DNA of 64,000 nucleotides from Deltaproteobacteria bacterium (GTDB lineage Bacteria; Myxococcota; JADLHZ01): NCBI GenBank assembly GCA_020848545.1, contig JADLHZ010000104.1, positions 72,306 to 136,305 of the forward strand, read 5' to 3'. Shown piece by piece: positions 61,718 to 64,000 of this stretch (position 1 is its first letter; each line of letters starts with the position of its first letter). The notes under the pieces were generated by a model. It saw only the letters and a program-made list of their open reading frames with translations, ran no database searches and was not told where the DNA came from. The position numbers and the translations under genes were made by a program.

Positions 61718-63817
61718 ATGTTAGCATTTGGAATGCCGCTGAAATCCAGGCTCATTCTGACGACCTCTGGATTGCTCGTGCTCGTCACGTTGGCCATCAG
61801 CAGCTACTTCGTGGTTCGCAACCAGCGCGACCTCGATGAAGCGAACTCGAACAAGTACGCGATGATGCGTCATGAGCTTGCGAAGAAGGGGTCGGTGCTC
61901 GCGAGAAACGTCGCGATCGCTTCCGAGCGCGCCGTTGCGGTGCTCGACTTCTTGTTTTTGGCCGAGGTGATCTCGAGCGCCACTCAGCACGATTCCGAGA
62001 TCGTCTACGGCATCATCCTCGATAAAGAAGGAAAGGCACTCGTCCACAGCGACGCGCGACAGAGCGGAAAGAAGCTCGACGATCCGGCTACGCGGCGCGC
62101 GATCGAGAGCGCCGATGGCTCGGAGTTGGAGATCTCCTATTCGGGTCGTCCAACGCTCGACGTCAGCGCGCCGATCGTCGTGGCCGGCAAGCCGTGGGGC
62201 GCCATTCGTTTCGGGCTGTCGCTCGACGGCGTCAACGCGGAGATCTCCAAGAACAAGGCGCAGGCAGAGGAAAAGCTGCGCTCCGGGTTGATCGTCGCTG
62301 GCAGCGCCGCAGCGTTGCTGCTCATGTTCGCCGCCTTCATTGCAACCATCGCCTCGGCTCAGATCGTCGGCCCCGTCGACGCGCTCATCTCCGGCGTCAA
62401 CCGTCTTCGAACGGGTGACCTCTCCACCCAGGTCGGGGTGAGCGGCATTCCGGAGTTCATCGGCTTAGCCCAAGCATTCAACGACATGGCCAACGCGATC
62501 AAGGAGCGGGACGAAGCGCTCACGCAGAACAACAGGCAACTGGAGAAAGCGCTGGCAACAGCGAACGAGGTTAACCGCTTGAAGAGCGAGTTCCTCGCCA
62601 ACATCTCGCACGAGCTGCGCACGCCGCTGAACGCGATCGTCAATGTCCCGAAGATCCTCCTGGCCGAGTATTCCAATGTCCCAGTGTGGACGTGCCCGCG
62701 CTGCCACGCCGAGTTCGAAGGGGAATTTTCGGCGGTCGGCTCAGACGAGCCGGAGCATTGTCCTGATGACGGCGCCGAGATGCTGCTCGGCAAACGCACA
62801 ATCTCCACCGGCGTTCCGGAAGAGCAGCGCCACTTCCTGAGTCGACTACTCCACCAGGGCCAGCATATGCTGAACGTCGTCAACGAGCTCCTGGATTTCA
62901 GCAAGCTGGACGCCGGAAAGATGGAGCTACACATCGAGCAGGTCGACATCGGTCGCGTGTTTGCAGACGTCGAGCAAACGATGCAGGGGTTGGCGGCGGA
63001 AAAGCGGCTGACCGTGCACTTTCCCGATCTGGCCGACGTGCGTTTGGTCCGGGCGGATCCGGTCAAGCTGGCGCAGATTCTGATCAACCTGATCGGCAAC
63101 GCGATCAAGTTCACGCCGCCGAATGGCCGCATCGTCATTCAACTGACCAAACGGCAGGTGAATGGCGTCGTCGCTGACGAGATACGCGTCACGGACTCCG
63201 GCATTGGGATCCCGAAGGAACACCTCGAGGCGATATTCGAGAGCTTTCGACAGGTGGACTCGGGCCATACGCGCAAGGCAGGCGGCACGGGGCTCGGGCT
63301 GACCATCACGCGCCATCTCGTCGAGCTGCATGGCGGACGAATTTGGGTCGACAGCGAGCCGAACCAGGGCAGCACCTTCACCTTCTATCTGCCGGTTGAG
63401 GGCAACACTTCGGTCGGCGATTCCGCTGCACAGCCGGCCGCGGTGGGGGCGGCCGAGCTCATCGTCGTCGTCGACGACAACGAAGTGCAGCTCGAGGTGA
63501 TGCGCGTGGTGCTCGAACGCGCCAAGTACCGCGTCGATCTGGTCTCGAACCCGTTGGATGCGTTCGATACAGTGACCCGTCACCGACCAGATTGGATCGT
63601 GCTCGACGTCATGATGCCGCAGGTGAGCGGCGTTGCTTTGTTGAAGCAGCTGAAGGCCGACGAGCGCACCCGGGACATCCCTGTCTTCGTCGCAACGGCG
63701 TACCACGACAACGAACAACAGGTGCGGTCGTTGGGCGCGCTGTGGCTCCCTAAGCCGTGGACCGCCGACGACTTTCAACGCGTGGTGAACGAATACAGGG
63801 TGGGCGCAAAATCATGA
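61718..63817 (+). CDS. Hybrid sensor histidine kinase / response regulator
   Basis: TM, HAMP, H-box FLANISHELRTPLNAI, HATPase_c (GTGLGLTI), C-terminal receiver domain (IVVVDDN...LDVMMP); ATG start. Confidence 0.9.
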   Translation: MLAFGMPLKSRLILTTSGLLVLVTLAISSYFVVRNQRDLDEANSNKYAMMRHELAKKGSVLARNVAIASERAVAVLDFLFLAEVISSATQHDSEIVYGIILDKEGKALVHSDARQSGKKLDDPATRRAIESADGSELEISYSGRPTLDVSAPIVVAGKPWGAIRFGLSLDGVNAEISKNKAQAEEKLRSGLIVAGSAAALLLMFAAFIATIASAQIVGPVDALISGVNRLRTGDLSTQVGVSGIPEFIGLAQAFNDMANAIKERDEALTQNNRQLEKALATANEVNRLKSEFLANISHELRTPLNAIVNVPKILLAEYSNVPVWTCPRCHAEFEGEFSAVGSDEPEHCPDDGAEMLLGKRTISTGVPEEQRHFLSRLLHQGQHMLNVVNELLDFSKLDAGKMELHIEQVDIGRVFADVEQTMQGLAAEKRLTVHFPDLADVRLVRADPVKLAQILINLIGNAIKFTPPNGRIVIQLTKRQVNGVVADEIRVTDSGIGIPKEHLEAIFESFRQVDSGHTRKAGGTGLGLTITRHLVELHGGRIWVDSEPNQGSTFTFYLPVEGNTSVGDSAAQPAAVGAAELIVVVDDNEVQLEVMRVVLERAKYRVDLVSNPLDAFDTVTRHRPDWIVLDVMMPQVSGVALLKQLKADERTRDIPVFVATAYHDNEQQVRSLGALWLPKPWTADDFQRVVNEYRVGAKS

Positions 63818-64000
63818 TACTCAAACGCTTCGATCCTTCCTCGCGCGCAACAGCGATCAAGAAGTCGGACGAGTCGTCGATGCAGCACGTGCTTTACGTG
63901 GAGGACGAAGACGTCAATTGGGAGGTCGCGGAGCACGGCCTGCGCTCGCGCTATCGCATGACGCGAGCGCGGGATGCTCGTGAGACCTTTGAGCTCGTGC
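63814..64000 (+). CDS. Response regulator receiver protein, N-terminal fragment (continues past window end)
   Basis: ATG overlaps the kinase stop (ATGA); open to the window end; VLYVEDEDVN is receiver-like. Confidence 0.45.
   Translation, partial: MILKRFDPSSRATAIKKSDESSMQHVLYVEDEDVNWEVAEHGLRSRYRMTRARDARETFELV

Overview
High-GC (~70%) bacterial chromosomal segment with dense coding on both strands. The main accessory feature is a 14-gene same-strand block (about 16.7-26.3 kb, minus strand) that reproduces the flagellar fliE-fliF-fliG-fliH-fliI-fliJ-fliK order, but with an injectisome-type short lipoprotein ring protein (SctJ-like) in the FliF position, a retained FliG-like protein, a FliA-type sigma factor, a TPR chaperone, and two tandem Gly/Gln-rich paralogs whose shared C-terminus resembles type III needle or axial subunits. 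No export-gate, rod/hook, motor, secretin or flagellin genes are in the window. Gene content elsewhere (three eukaryotic-type Ser/Thr kinases, three sigma-54 activators of which two carry FHA domains, many secreted lipoproteins) is consistent with a Myxococcota-like genome, but that is an inference. Other notable items are an HNH/DUF222 gene bracketed by ~110 bp imperfect inverted repeats, an 18 bp coding tandem repeat, and housekeeping genes (putA, cca, pfk, acyl-CoA dehydrogenase, PlsC-type acyltransferase). No rRNA, tRNA or CRISPR array was recognised. All calls come from reading the ORF translations for motifs; no database search was run. Start codons are approximate because the ORF track begins at the most upstream ATG/GTG/TTG, and coordinates I read off the sequence lines may be off by 1 nt.
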